Positions 31,539-41,041 of a DNA stretch of 64,000 nucleotides are shown here, in pieces. Numbering within the stretch: the stretch's first letter is position 1; the number at the start of each line of letters is the position of its first letter. Made by a program: the position numbers and the translations under genes. Origin of the DNA: an uncultured Coprobacillus sp. (lineage in GTDB: Bacteria; Bacillota_I; Bacilli_A; ML615J-28; CAG-698); contig CAYMGD010000002.1 of NCBI GenBank assembly GCA_964389905.1, positions 84,306 to 148,305 on the forward strand, given 5' to 3'. The notes under the pieces were generated by a model. That model had not been told where the DNA came from and ran no database searches. It saw nothing but the letters and a program-made list of their open reading frames with translations.

Positions 31539-32543
31539 ATGAATGTATACGATTTAAGTTTTAAGGAGTTTACTGAATATGTAAAAACAATTAAATATGG
31601 CTATGTTGATTTAAATAATAATAAGCACTATGACATATTTACAAATCCAATTAATGATTATTGCCTTCAAAAACCTGAAGAGTTAATTGAAAATAATATG
31701 GGATTATCATTTGATATTATTGAACTATATCGTAGTTATCTTACAAAACACAATATTTATTTTGAATCATATTATCTTGAATATGAAGACAAAGATATTC
31801 TTGAAACACATGCTTTCATAATCGAAAAAAGGGCAAATAATTTATGGTATGAATGCATAGATAACTCTTGGGTAAATGATATTCATCCTAAAGGATTCCG
31901 GGATAAAGACCTTCTCATTAAATCAATTTACGAATGGTTTCAAAATTACGTTGAAAGTGAACATCCTAACATCAACAAAACAAAGTTTTACATGAATAGA
32001 TATGACACACCTCAAGATGTTTTTGACCACAAAAAAAGTCTTCACGATTTATGCAAAGACCGTAATTATTTACAAACTCATCGAACTGAGTTTAGTGGTA
32101 TGGCAATTGTTTTCTGCAAAGGAAAAGTACTTGTTCTTGAAACAAAACACAATGAATATGTCTTTCCTAAAGGACACATTGAGAGTGGCGAAAACTCTAA
32201 AGACGCTTCCATAAGAGAGTGTTTCGAGGAAAGTGGAATATCTATTATCGATGGCAAGTACTTCGGAAAATGTGGAGAATACTCTTATACCTTTTCCGCA
32301 GGTCACCTTAAAATAACTAATGATGATTACTTCAAAACATTTGGGGTAAATAGTATTACTAAAAATATCTATGTTCATGTTTTTGAAATTGATGACTTTC
32401 AAAAATTTAATCTTGAATCTATTTTTATAAAAGGCATATGGATAGATATTGATAAAATTAATCAAACAATTACTCATGATAATACAAAGGATGTATTTAA
32501 TAAAGCATTAACTTTATATAAAACTAAGAATTTAATAATTTAA
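31539..32543 (+). CDS. NUDIX hydrolase with an N-terminal transglutaminase-like domain
   Basis: Nudix box PKGHIESGENSKDASIRECFEESG; N-terminal LQKPEEL...GLSFD...THAF...WYE. Confidence 0.75.
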   Translation: MNVYDLSFKEFTEYVKTIKYGYVDLNNNKHYDIFTNPINDYCLQKPEELIENNMGLSFDIIELYRSYLTKHNIYFESYYLEYEDKDILETHAFIIEKRANNLWYECIDNSWVNDIHPKGFRDKDLLIKSIYEWFQNYVESEHPNINKTKFYMNRYDTPQDVFDHKKSLHDLCKDRNYLQTHRTEFSGMAIVFCKGKVLVLETKHNEYVFPKGHIESGENSKDASIRECFEESGISIIDGKYFGKCGEYSYTFSAGHLKITNDDYFKTFGVNSITKNIYVHVFEIDDFQKFNLESIFIKGIWIDIDKINQTITHDNTKDVFNKALTLYKTKNLII

Positions 32544-32560
32544 GGGCCAAACAGCCCTTT

Positions 32561-33826
32561 TTATTTACGAATGATATATTCATTATATTTGTTTTGTATC
32601 TCTTTATTTGCTTTGCAGGAAACAATAATTTCTGCATCTGTATAGTCAGTTTTATCGATTAAACACTTATCTTTAATTTTGTAATAGATATTTTCTTTAC
32701 CATATGGTATAGCAAATGATACTTCTTGATATTCACTATATATTCTCTTAAATATGTTTTTAAGGAGTTCATCAACATTTTTTCCTTGTAATGCACTTAT
32801 CCTAACTACTTCTGTATAATCTTTAGGAATATATATATAATTATCTATTTTATCAATTTTATTAAAAGCATAAATAATAGGTATATCTTTTACATCTAGT
32901 TCTTGTAATACTTTTTCAGTTGCTTCGATTTGCTTTAGATATTTTGGATTAGAAATATCAACAACATGAACTATTAAATCACATTCCTTTATTTCTTCTA
33001 GTGTAGATTTAAATGCCTCTACAAGGTTGTGAGGAAGTTTTTCGATAAATCCTACTGTATCTGTTAGGACAAAATTTCCTTCCTTGTAATTTATTTTTCT
33101 AGAAGATGTTTCTAATGTTGCAAATAACATATCTTTTTGAAAAACCATTTTTTCTTCTTTAGAACAAGTCATTTCTAGTATTTTATTCATTAAAGTTGAT
33201 TTTCCAGAGTTGGTATATCCAACTAAACAAACCGATGAAACATCATTTTTGTTTCTTTGTTTTCTTTGAACTCTTCTCACTTTTTCTAGTTCTTTCAATT
33301 CTTTTCTTAAAGCAGCGATTTTATCATTGTTAATACGTCTATCAAGCTCTAATTTGGTTTCTCCCGCACCACGACCATGAGCAAATCCTCCACCTGCTCC
33401 TCGCTGCCTTGAAAGACCTTTTCTCATACCTTGTAATCTTGGTAATAAATAGGATAAAGATGCTATTTCAACCTGAATTATTGCTTCTTTAGTTTTTGCT
33501 CTTCTTTTGAATATTTCTAAAATTAGATAAGTTCTATCAAAAACAGAAATATCTAATCTGTCTGAAACTGTTGAAATTTGTAGTGGTGTTAGTTCGTCAT
33601 TGCAAATTACAACATCAGCTTCTTCAGCATCGATATACATTTTTAGTTCTTCTATTTTTCCACTTCCAACATATGTCAAAGGATTAAAAGACGGTAAGTT
33701 TTGTTTTAGAATAGATGCTGTCTCTATATCACATGCTTTTGCCAAAGCCGCAAGTTCTTGCATCTCTTCATCAAAATCTTCTTGTATCGTTTCGTCTAAT
33801 TTAACTCCAACTAATATAGCTTTCAT
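32561..33826 (-). CDS. hflX: GTPase HflX
   Basis: GAGETKLELDRR, VGYTNSGKS, LFATL, DTVGFI and NKID. Confidence 0.97.
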   Translation of the reverse strand: MKAILVGVKLDETIQEDFDEEMQELAALAKACDIETASILKQNLPSFNPLTYVGSGKIEELKMYIDAEEADVVICNDELTPLQISTVSDRLDISVFDRTYLILEIFKRRAKTKEAIIQVEIASLSYLLPRLQGMRKGLSRQRGAGGGFAHGRGAGETKLELDRRINNDKIAALRKELKELEKVRRVQRKQRNKNDVSSVCLVGYTNSGKSTLMNKILEMTCSKEEKMVFQKDMLFATLETSSRKINYKEGNFVLTDTVGFIEKLPHNLVEAFKSTLEEIKECDLIVHVVDISNPKYLKQIEATEKVLQELDVKDIPIIYAFNKIDKIDNYIYIPKDYTEVVRISALQGKNVDELLKNIFKRIYSEYQEVSFAIPYGKENIYYKIKDKCLIDKTDYTDAEIIVSCKANKEIQNKYNEYIIRK

Positions 33827-34692
33827 TTATTATATCCTTTCATAAAGTTTATTACTTCATCATAATTAGGTATAGCATTAATTACACCTTTTCTTGTTAC
33901 TTCTAAAGCACTACAAGCATTAGCAAACATTATGCATTTAGATATATCCTCATCTTTAGCTAACATATATGCAAATCCTGCATTAAATGTATCTCCTGCA
34001 CCTGTTGTATCAATAGCTTTTACTTTGTAAGCAGGATAAAGAATTTCCCCCTTTTCAGTAATATTCTTTACTCCTTTTTCCCCAATTGTACAAATGATTT
34101 CTGTTTCAGGAATTTTATTTATATCAATTAATGAAAGTTCAAATTCATTTGGGGTAATGATATTTACTTTTTTTAATGTTTCATTATCTAAATAATTTTG
34201 AGGAGCAGGATTAAGTATTATTGTTTTATTTAATTCATAAGCATATGATATTATTTTCTTTATGACTTCTTGAGGATACTCGAGTTGTAATAATAGAATA
34301 TCTGCTTCATCTATTATATCTTTATATAACATTATATCTTCATAGCTTACCAAATCACTTGCACCTTTATAAACAATAACATTGTTTTCGCCTTTTTTAT
34401 CAACTGTAATAACCGCATATGAACTAGGAATTTCTTTATGTATTATATAAGGTTTAACACCTTCTTGCTTTAAAACCTTTATGCACTCGTTATTATATTG
34501 GTCATTTCCTAAGACAGTGATAAATGAAACGTTTGCTCCTAATTTTCCTAAAGCAAGAGCTTGATTGTAACCTTTTCCTCCTGGTTCTGTTGTTTTCTTT
34601 AACGCTTCAATAGTTTCCCCTTTGCTATTAAAATGTTCTACTTCTAGAAAAACTGATTCACCAGATAAACCAATAACAAGTATCTTTTTCAT
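33823..34692 (-). CDS. rbsK: Ribokinase (PfkB family)
   Basis: GGKGYNQA, LNPAP, TPNEFE and DTTGAGDTF. Confidence 0.88.
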   Translation of the reverse strand: MKKILVIGLSGESVFLEVEHFNSKGETIEALKKTTEPGGKGYNQALALGKLGANVSFITVLGNDQYNNECIKVLKQEGVKPYIIHKEIPSSYAVITVDKKGENNVIVYKGASDLVSYEDIMLYKDIIDEADILLLQLEYPQEVIKKIISYAYELNKTIILNPAPQNYLDNETLKKVNIITPNEFELSLIDINKIPETEIICTIGEKGVKNITEKGEILYPAYKVKAIDTTGAGDTFNAGFAYMLAKDEDISKCIMFANACSALEVTRKGVINAIPNYDEVINFMKGYNK

Positions 34693-35180
34693 TTTATCAC
34701 CTCAAAAGTTTTGTTTGTATAATTATAACAAATCACTACTTTTTTGTCTATACAAAAAAAGGGATGTTTATTGTTTTTAATGTAAAAAATTTAATTAAAT
34801 ATTTCAATTACAATGAACAAGCCTATTTTCAAAATCTAATAAAGAAAATTCATACAATTGCACTTATAAATTATATTCATTAATTGTAGGTGTTTTCCTA
34901 TGTTTTTATATATTCATAGTTTCACTACAAATTTATAATGTAAATAGTATAATAGCAATTTTTTAAAACGAATTCAAGATATTATTACATTCACCTATTG
35001 TAATTTAAACGTGTTGCAAATTTGCTTACTTTATAGTGAGATAAGGAAAAAGCAATAAGTTATGCCTTCTACTATTGCGTCAAATGAGATATCCAAGGTT
35101 CACTTCTTTATTACAGTAAGAAAGGATGAAACTGATATTAATCAACTCCACCCTTAATGTTAAAAGTGATGTTTGTTTGT

Positions 35181-35474
35181 TTATTTAATTAAATTTTTAA
35201 TAAACTCAGGACAAACTGAATATCCATATTGTGATAAGTCTAATTCAAAACTTTGATTTATCTCTTCTTTAATATTTTCAAAATCAAAATTAAAATTAAT
35301 TTTTTCCATAAAAGTATTCATTGGATAAAATAATTCTAATTTATTATCTAAAAAATAATAAGATTGTGCATCTCTATCCTTCATTATAATTAAATAATTA
35401 ATTTCACTCTTATATATCACAATTTGACTACCAAAATGTTTTTTGTCCTTGAAATGAATAATTTTTTTGTACAT
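35181..35474 (-). CDS. Small hypothetical protein, probable immunity protein of the upstream RHS tip
   Basis: 5 bp downstream of the toxin-tip stop; no recognisable motif. Confidence 0.5.
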   Translation of the reverse strand: MYKKIIHFKDKKHFGSQIVIYKSEINYLIIMKDRDAQSYYFLDNKLELFYPMNTFMEKINFNFDFENIKEEINQSFELDLSQYGYSVCPEFIKNLIK

Positions 35475-35479
35475 ATTAT

Positions 35480-36315
35480 TTAACCCATAACTAAAGCCGA
35501 TAAATCTTCAAGCCATTGATATCCTTTGTCAATTAAGTATTGAATTTCATAATATAACCATGATACATTTCCATTATATGTTGGTGAAATTGTTCTTGTT
35601 GGTTCAACAATAAAGTTTGCTCCTAATCTATAACAATCATTTAAAAATTGAGAATTCATGGCCATCTTTGTGCATTTGTCATGCTATAATATAAATCATC
35701 AGAAATTTCGTAAAAACCGTATCCAAGAGATGTTCCTAAAGCAGCATAACCACAATGACCTAAAACCATTGTTTTTGTGACAACAAAAACATTTCCTTTC
35801 ACAATAGATAAACCTAATATTCCAGTTGCCTTACTAACTAATGCCCCTACACCTGCTCCTACAATAGGACCTATCATAGTTAATGAAATTGCAATATGTC
35901 CACTAGGATCAATATTCATAATAGGATTATTATAACAATAACAATATAAGTTAAGTCCATTAATACTACCAGGCTCTAAATAATCTATACTATCTGGACT
36001 AATCCATCTACATAATTCAGGTGAATAATATCTAGAGTTGCAATAGAATAGATGAGATACATTATCATATACATATCCTTTATAGAGAATTATATTTTCT
36101 TCCATTAACTCACTTGCTAATTCTTCTTCATCTGTAGTTAAGCCGCTTGCTTTAGCTTTGGTTACTTCTCCATACGCTGTATACGTATATTTTACCATCT
36201 CTTTACCTGTTATGTCTAGTATACTATTGATATTTCTTGTTATATCTCTTTCAAAGATGTATTCACTATCTTTATAGTTAAAGCCTATTACTTCTCCATT
36301 TTCATTGTAATGAAA
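35480..36315 (-). pseudogene. 5'-truncated RHS core plus toxin tip, frameshifted near 35660
   Basis: YKGYVYD...FYCNSRYYSPELCRWISPD...GLNLYCYCYNNPIMNIDPSG; AGA TGG CCA TGA would read R-W-A-M-N-S-Q-F-L with one more G, joining ORF 35480-35665. Confidence 0.85.
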
Positions 36316-36385
36316 TGCCAAGAATACTACTTGCTTGTTCTTGCGTTAGTGATTTAGATTTCCTTAATTCTTTAAGATTTTGCAT
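36302..36385 (-). pseudogene. N-terminal fragment of an XRE-family HTH gene
   Basis: AAAGGGTGG RBS, then MQNLKELRKSKSLTQEQASSILGISLQ*. Confidence 0.7.
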
Positions 36386-36532
36386 AAGTGCCACCCTTTA
36401 CTATTAAGCGTATTGTATCATTTTTTGCACTTTTTAAAAATGATTTTGATAAATAATTTTAGTTTATGTTTTTAGTTTTGAATATTTTCATAAAAATTTA
36501 GTACAAAAAAATCTATTTATGATATAATAAAT

Positions 36533-36602
36533 ATGGTGAAACCTCCTGACAGAGTAGTTTTACCATAAAAGCACCCGAGGTTGGATTCCTTTGGTGCTTT
36601 TT
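36533..36602 (+). ncRNA. Candidate small RNA (two hairpins, terminator-like end)
   Basis: TGaTATAAT at 36520-36528; hairpin ATGGTGAAAC..GTTTTACCAT; hairpin AAAAGCACC..GGTGCTTTTT. Confidence 0.4.
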
Positions 36603-36653
36603 ATGAGAAAAAAAAGGCTTAACCTAAATAGGTTTAACAGCCTCTTTATTAAT

Positions 36654-38423
36654 TTATTTTATTTCATCGTTTGGATTAAATCCTAATCTCTTTAATGTTT
36701 CAACAACATAACTTTCACGATATTCTTCTTTTGGATCTCTTCCTAAATAAGATTTGAAGAATTCTTCGCAAGCTTGTTCATATGGAATATTAGCTATATT
36801 AGCTATGATTCTAGTGCTTCTGTCAATTAATTTCTTGTTTGTTGGAAGAACTTGAATCATCCAGTTAGACCATACACGGCCCATCTTAGCCATTGTTGCT
36901 GTACTGATTACATTAAATGCTAGTTTAACCATTAAGTGTGTTAAAAGTTCATTTGAAGTTCTAGTGAACTTGCAAGGAATATGAATTTCGTTTTCATATA
37001 ATTTTCCTTTTGGAATTGCACCCATACGAACTACAACACCTTTTTCAAATTTAGTAACATTTTCTTTAAACCATTTCATAACTTCAGGAGTTGCGCTTCC
37101 GTTTATATCTAAACATACTAAGCAATTAGGTTTACGAGAGTATCTTGATGGATCATCTTCGTTACCAATATAGTACATAAATACTTGTTCGCTTCCAACT
37201 AGTGGTGGATTGTCAATAATTGATTGAGCTGCACCCATACGTTCGTAATCTTCTTTTGTCCAGTCTAAACCAGTAATTGGTCTACGGAATACATGATGCC
37301 ATGCAACTTCTGTTGGATATAGTGGGTCTTTAATGAATGCCCAACTTAATTCTGAAGTTGTGTCATTGAAACGACGGAATGGAGGAAGAGTAAACGTTGG
37401 TTGTCTTTCTGTTGTATCTGTTAGAATATCTAAAAGATAATCATGTGTTGCATATGTTACTAATCCTTTATTTTCATAAATAGATTTTTCAAGTTCAACA
37501 ACTTGTGCTAAGCCAGCTAAACCTTTTCCAGTTGTTAATTGCTTATGCATCTTATTGAATTCTTTTACATAGTCTTGTGGATCTAAAGCAACAATACCAG
37601 CTACTTCTAATTCTTTTTCAGATAAGTTTTCTTCGCACCATTTTTGGGCAGCAAGTTCTAATGCAGCACCAGCAACTAATAATTCAATTGTTGTTACTTG
37701 CATACGAGTTGATCCTGAAACAGCCATATTTCCAACGAATAAAGGCATTTGAATAACTGTCTTACGATCGAATACTTTACGACATCTTTCTAATGTTTCA
37801 TATAAAATCTCTTTTGGATTACAGTATAAATAATATGTTGTGCATCCAATTGAATCTGCTTCAACAACTGATCCGTTGATACTTGCTGAAAGACCACATT
37901 CAGATAGACCTAATAATACATCTCCAACACCCATATTTGCGTCACGCACTTGTTGAGCACCGAATGTCATATAGTCTTCATAGTTTTCCACAGATTGAAC
38001 TAATGCTCTATCTCCACCAGTTGTAAAACTTACTACACGATTTGCATTGTATAAGAATTGTTCTGCTTTTTCTGGTAATTTGTTTGCTAAATTAGTCCAA
38101 AAATATCTCCATGCGGCATCTAATTGGATAGCCATACGTCCTGAAGCACCAACAGATGAGATAACAACTCTTTTATCTTCATCAATTACTCTCTTGATGT
38201 CATCAACTAATCTCTTAAATACTTTTGTTTTAAATGTTTTTGCGGCAACCTTAGGAATATTAACATCTGCAGATAATATCATTGCTACACCAGCAGCTGT
38301 GTCCTTAGCAATTGTTGCACTTAAGTTTTTTGTAAGTGGATTTGATTGTTCTGTTGGGATTACGCCCAAGTGAAATTGTTTTTCGTTTTCAATAAAATTC
38401 TTTGCTGCATCTTTATAATTCAC
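36654..38423 (-). CDS. GKRP/MurQ-like SIS-domain sugar-phosphate-binding protein
   Basis: PTEQSNP, VGASGR, SGSTRMQ and GRVWSNWMIQVLPTNKKLIDRS; probable GTG start at 38423 after GGAGG. Confidence 0.7.
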   Translation of the reverse strand: MNYKDAAKNFIENEKQFHLGVIPTEQSNPLTKNLSATIAKDTAAGVAMILSADVNIPKVAAKTFKTKVFKRLVDDIKRVIDEDKRVVISSVGASGRMAIQLDAAWRYFWTNLANKLPEKAEQFLYNANRVVSFTTGGDRALVQSVENYEDYMTFGAQQVRDANMGVGDVLLGLSECGLSASINGSVVEADSIGCTTYYLYCNPKEILYETLERCRKVFDRKTVIQMPLFVGNMAVSGSTRMQVTTIELLVAGAALELAAQKWCEENLSEKELEVAGIVALDPQDYVKEFNKMHKQLTTGKGLAGLAQVVELEKSIYENKGLVTYATHDYLLDILTDTTERQPTFTLPPFRRFNDTTSELSWAFIKDPLYPTEVAWHHVFRRPITGLDWTKEDYERMGAAQSIIDNPPLVGSEQVFMYYIGNEDDPSRYSRKPNCLVCLDINGSATPEVMKWFKENVTKFEKGVVVRMGAIPKGKLYENEIHIPCKFTRTSNELLTHLMVKLAFNVISTATMAKMGRVWSNWMIQVLPTNKKLIDRSTRIIANIANIPYEQACEEFFKSYLGRDPKEEYRESYVVETLKRLGFNPNDEIK

Positions 38424-38709
38424 GATTATACCTCCAGTGATTATCATTTATTAGCATAGTAATTATAGCATATTGTTGAATCTTTTGCAATAATAAAAAC
38501 ATTCTTCTTTAATTTTTTGTTAATAAATTTATTTTTTGCAATAACTTTATTATGCAAACATATTGAAATTTACATTTCAAATTATCTAGCGTATTTGTTT
38601 CCTTTAATTACTTCTTCCATATAAAAGTTTTCTTATATGTTATTCATCGATTTTTATTATTTCATTGCAATTAAATTTCCATTATGTTATAATCGTTTTG
38701 GTGATTTTT

Positions 38710-39906
38710 ATGGAATGCTACACAATAATTGCAAATCCTGGAGAGAATGCCAATACTGAAATAAACATAAGTTGGCATACAGATATTTCAAACCTTAATA
38801 GCAAACTAATTTATACTGTTTATGATGATTTAAAATGGGAAAAAGCTATTACTATTAAAGGAATATATTATCTAAATGATGTATTTGATGGTAACTATTC
38901 TATTACAAAAGACCGCAAAGATATCTATGAAAGGGCTATTTTCTTGCATTATCACGTTTGCTTAAAAAACTTAATGCCAAATACTAAATATATGTATAAG
39001 GTGGGAGAAAATGAGTTTAGTGATGTGCATTATTTTAAGACTGGTAATACTGAGTTTTCTTTTGCTTGGGTTTCTGATTTCCATGCCTATTTACCACTTC
39101 CTAATCGTTTAAAATCAGCTTTTGATACTACCGAAAAAGTAATTGAACACGAAAAGAACGTTGATTTTATTTTTTGTGGTGGTGATGCTATTGCATGGGG
39201 AGGTAGTTATTCCTTTTGGAAAGATATGTATGAAAAAGATTTAGTAAAAAATTATATGTGGGTTAATGTTTTAGGAAATCATGATTTTATGAGTAGAGCT
39301 AATCATAAGAATACAAGTGACTACTTTAAATCAACTAATTATTTTCCTCACAATGGTTATGATGGCGAAATAGGATCATCTTATTATTTTTACTATGGCA
39401 ATATTATATTTATTATTTTAAATTCTGAAGCAATGGGTTTTGTGCTTGATAGCGATGAAGTTCAAACTTGTCTAAATTGGATAGAAACAATTTTAGAAAA
39501 CAACAAAGATAAAAAAGCAATTATCTGTCAGCATTATGATTGGTTTCAAGGTGTAACAGGTGCTAGCCGTAAATTTGGATACTTAAGATACAAAGAACTT
39601 TTCGATAAATATCATGTAACTTTAGCTATGGCTAACAATAATCATATTTATATTAGAACTTATCCTTTATATCAAGATGAAATTAAGGCTAGTGGTACCG
39701 TATATATTCAAAGCCCTTCTGCAGATAATGAACGAGGACAAGTTTGTGAAGAACTAGCCTATAATCAAAATATAATTGCTAAGAGGTTTTCTGAAGGAAA
39801 TCAAACTATTGGAATCATTATTGTAAAAGTTAATGAGGAAAGAATAACTATTACCCTTTATGATCGTAATATCAAAGTTATTGATGAAACTACAATAAAA
39901 CTATAA
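38710..39906 (+). CDS. Purple-acid-phosphatase-like metallophosphoesterase with an FN3-like N-domain
   Basis: LMPNTKYMYKVG, SDFH, GGD and LGNHD. Confidence 0.8.
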   Translation: MECYTIIANPGENANTEINISWHTDISNLNSKLIYTVYDDLKWEKAITIKGIYYLNDVFDGNYSITKDRKDIYERAIFLHYHVCLKNLMPNTKYMYKVGENEFSDVHYFKTGNTEFSFAWVSDFHAYLPLPNRLKSAFDTTEKVIEHEKNVDFIFCGGDAIAWGGSYSFWKDMYEKDLVKNYMWVNVLGNHDFMSRANHKNTSDYFKSTNYFPHNGYDGEIGSSYYFYYGNIIFIILNSEAMGFVLDSDEVQTCLNWIETILENNKDKKAIICQHYDWFQGVTGASRKFGYLRYKELFDKYHVTLAMANNNHIYIRTYPLYQDEIKASGTVYIQSPSADNERGQVCEELAYNQNIIAKRFSEGNQTIGIIIVKVNEERITITLYDRNIKVIDETTIKL

Positions 39907-39951
39907 ATACTAAATATTAGAAAAACCTTAAATATTAGGACTCTTTATGTC

Positions 39952-41037
39952 TTATATATTTAAGGTATTTTTTATATGTTTTATTAGTTTTCTAAAATAA
40001 TATTCAGGATTATTCATTGATTCTTCTTTAGTTATACCTAAGCAAAAATCATTACTTTTGCCAACGATTGAATATATCTTTTGGTTTTCTTCCTCTAATT
40101 CATTTATCGCACAAACCAAAATTACTTCTTTTCCTTGGCTTCTTTTGATTATACTAGATATTGCTTTCCCTTGCATACTTTGTGAATCTATTTTGCCTTC
40201 ACCAGTGATTATTAAATCATATTCTTTACATATGCTATCAAAGCAAATTACATCTAAAAGATAATCTATTCCTGATACAATTTTGGCATTCAAGAATGTT
40301 TTTAGTGCGTATCCTACGCCTCCAGCTGCTCCACTTCCTGGACTATTTATATACTCTGGATTTAATGAAGAGTATTTTTCCATATTGTTTTCTAAGACTG
40401 CAAGCATATTAGTGTTAGCACCTTTTTGTTTACTAAAAACATATGTTGCGCCATTTTTCCCAAGTAGAGGATTTGTAACATCGCTTAAAACAATTATTTC
40501 GATATTCTTTAATCTTTCTTGTAAATGGTTTGTATCAATACTTTCTATTTCACCAAGTTTGCAGTTTTGTAGGTGTGTTAGTGCGCCATTATTAAAAGAT
40601 GCACCTAAAGCCTCGAGCATTCCTGTGCCACCATCGTTAGTAGCACTTCCGCCTATGCCGATAATAATTCTTTCTACGTTTTGGTTGAGTGCGTCTAATA
40701 TCATCTCTCCAAAACCATAGGTACTTGTTATTAAAGGGTTAAGTTCTGCATCTTTTAATAAACTTATTCCTGATGCTTTGGCAAGTTCTATATAAGCAGT
40801 TTTTTCATCATTTTTTAGAAGATAGTAACTATCAATAGGACGAAATAAAGGATCCAATACTTTTATATGTTTTTTCTTTAAAGCTATATTTTCTGATATA
40901 GAATCTAAGAATCCATCTCCCCCATCAGCAATAGCATAAGATGTTACACAGCTGCCCAATTCTTCTTTGCAAAGATTACCAAGCTCTTTAGATGTTAATG
41001 TTCCTTTGAATGAATCAATTAATGTTAGTATTTTCAT
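39952..41037 (-). CDS. glxK: Glycerate kinase (class I, GlxK/GarK)
   Basis: DSFKGTL, ADGGDG, GIGGSATNDGG, GSGAAGG and ITGEGKID. Confidence 0.93.
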   Translation of the reverse strand: MKILTLIDSFKGTLTSKELGNLCKEELGSCVTSYAIADGGDGFLDSISENIALKKKHIKVLDPLFRPIDSYYLLKNDEKTAYIELAKASGISLLKDAELNPLITSTYGFGEMILDALNQNVERIIIGIGGSATNDGGTGMLEALGASFNNGALTHLQNCKLGEIESIDTNHLQERLKNIEIIVLSDVTNPLLGKNGATYVFSKQKGANTNMLAVLENNMEKYSSLNPEYINSPGSGAAGGVGYALKTFLNAKIVSGIDYLLDVICFDSICKEYDLIITGEGKIDSQSMQGKAISSIIKRSQGKEVILVCAINELEEENQKIYSIVGKSNDFCLGITKEESMNNPEYYFRKLIKHIKNTLNI

Positions 41038-41041
41038 AGTT

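Noticed and set aside
35010-35170. Possible IS-end or leader remnant with an RBS-like AGAAAGGA
   Set aside because: No ORF, inverted-repeat partner or recognisable family signature
36571-36598. tRNA fragment or att site (GGTTGGATTCC resembles a T-loop)
   Set aside because: No cloverleaf or CCA end; the motif is the top of a terminator-like hairpin
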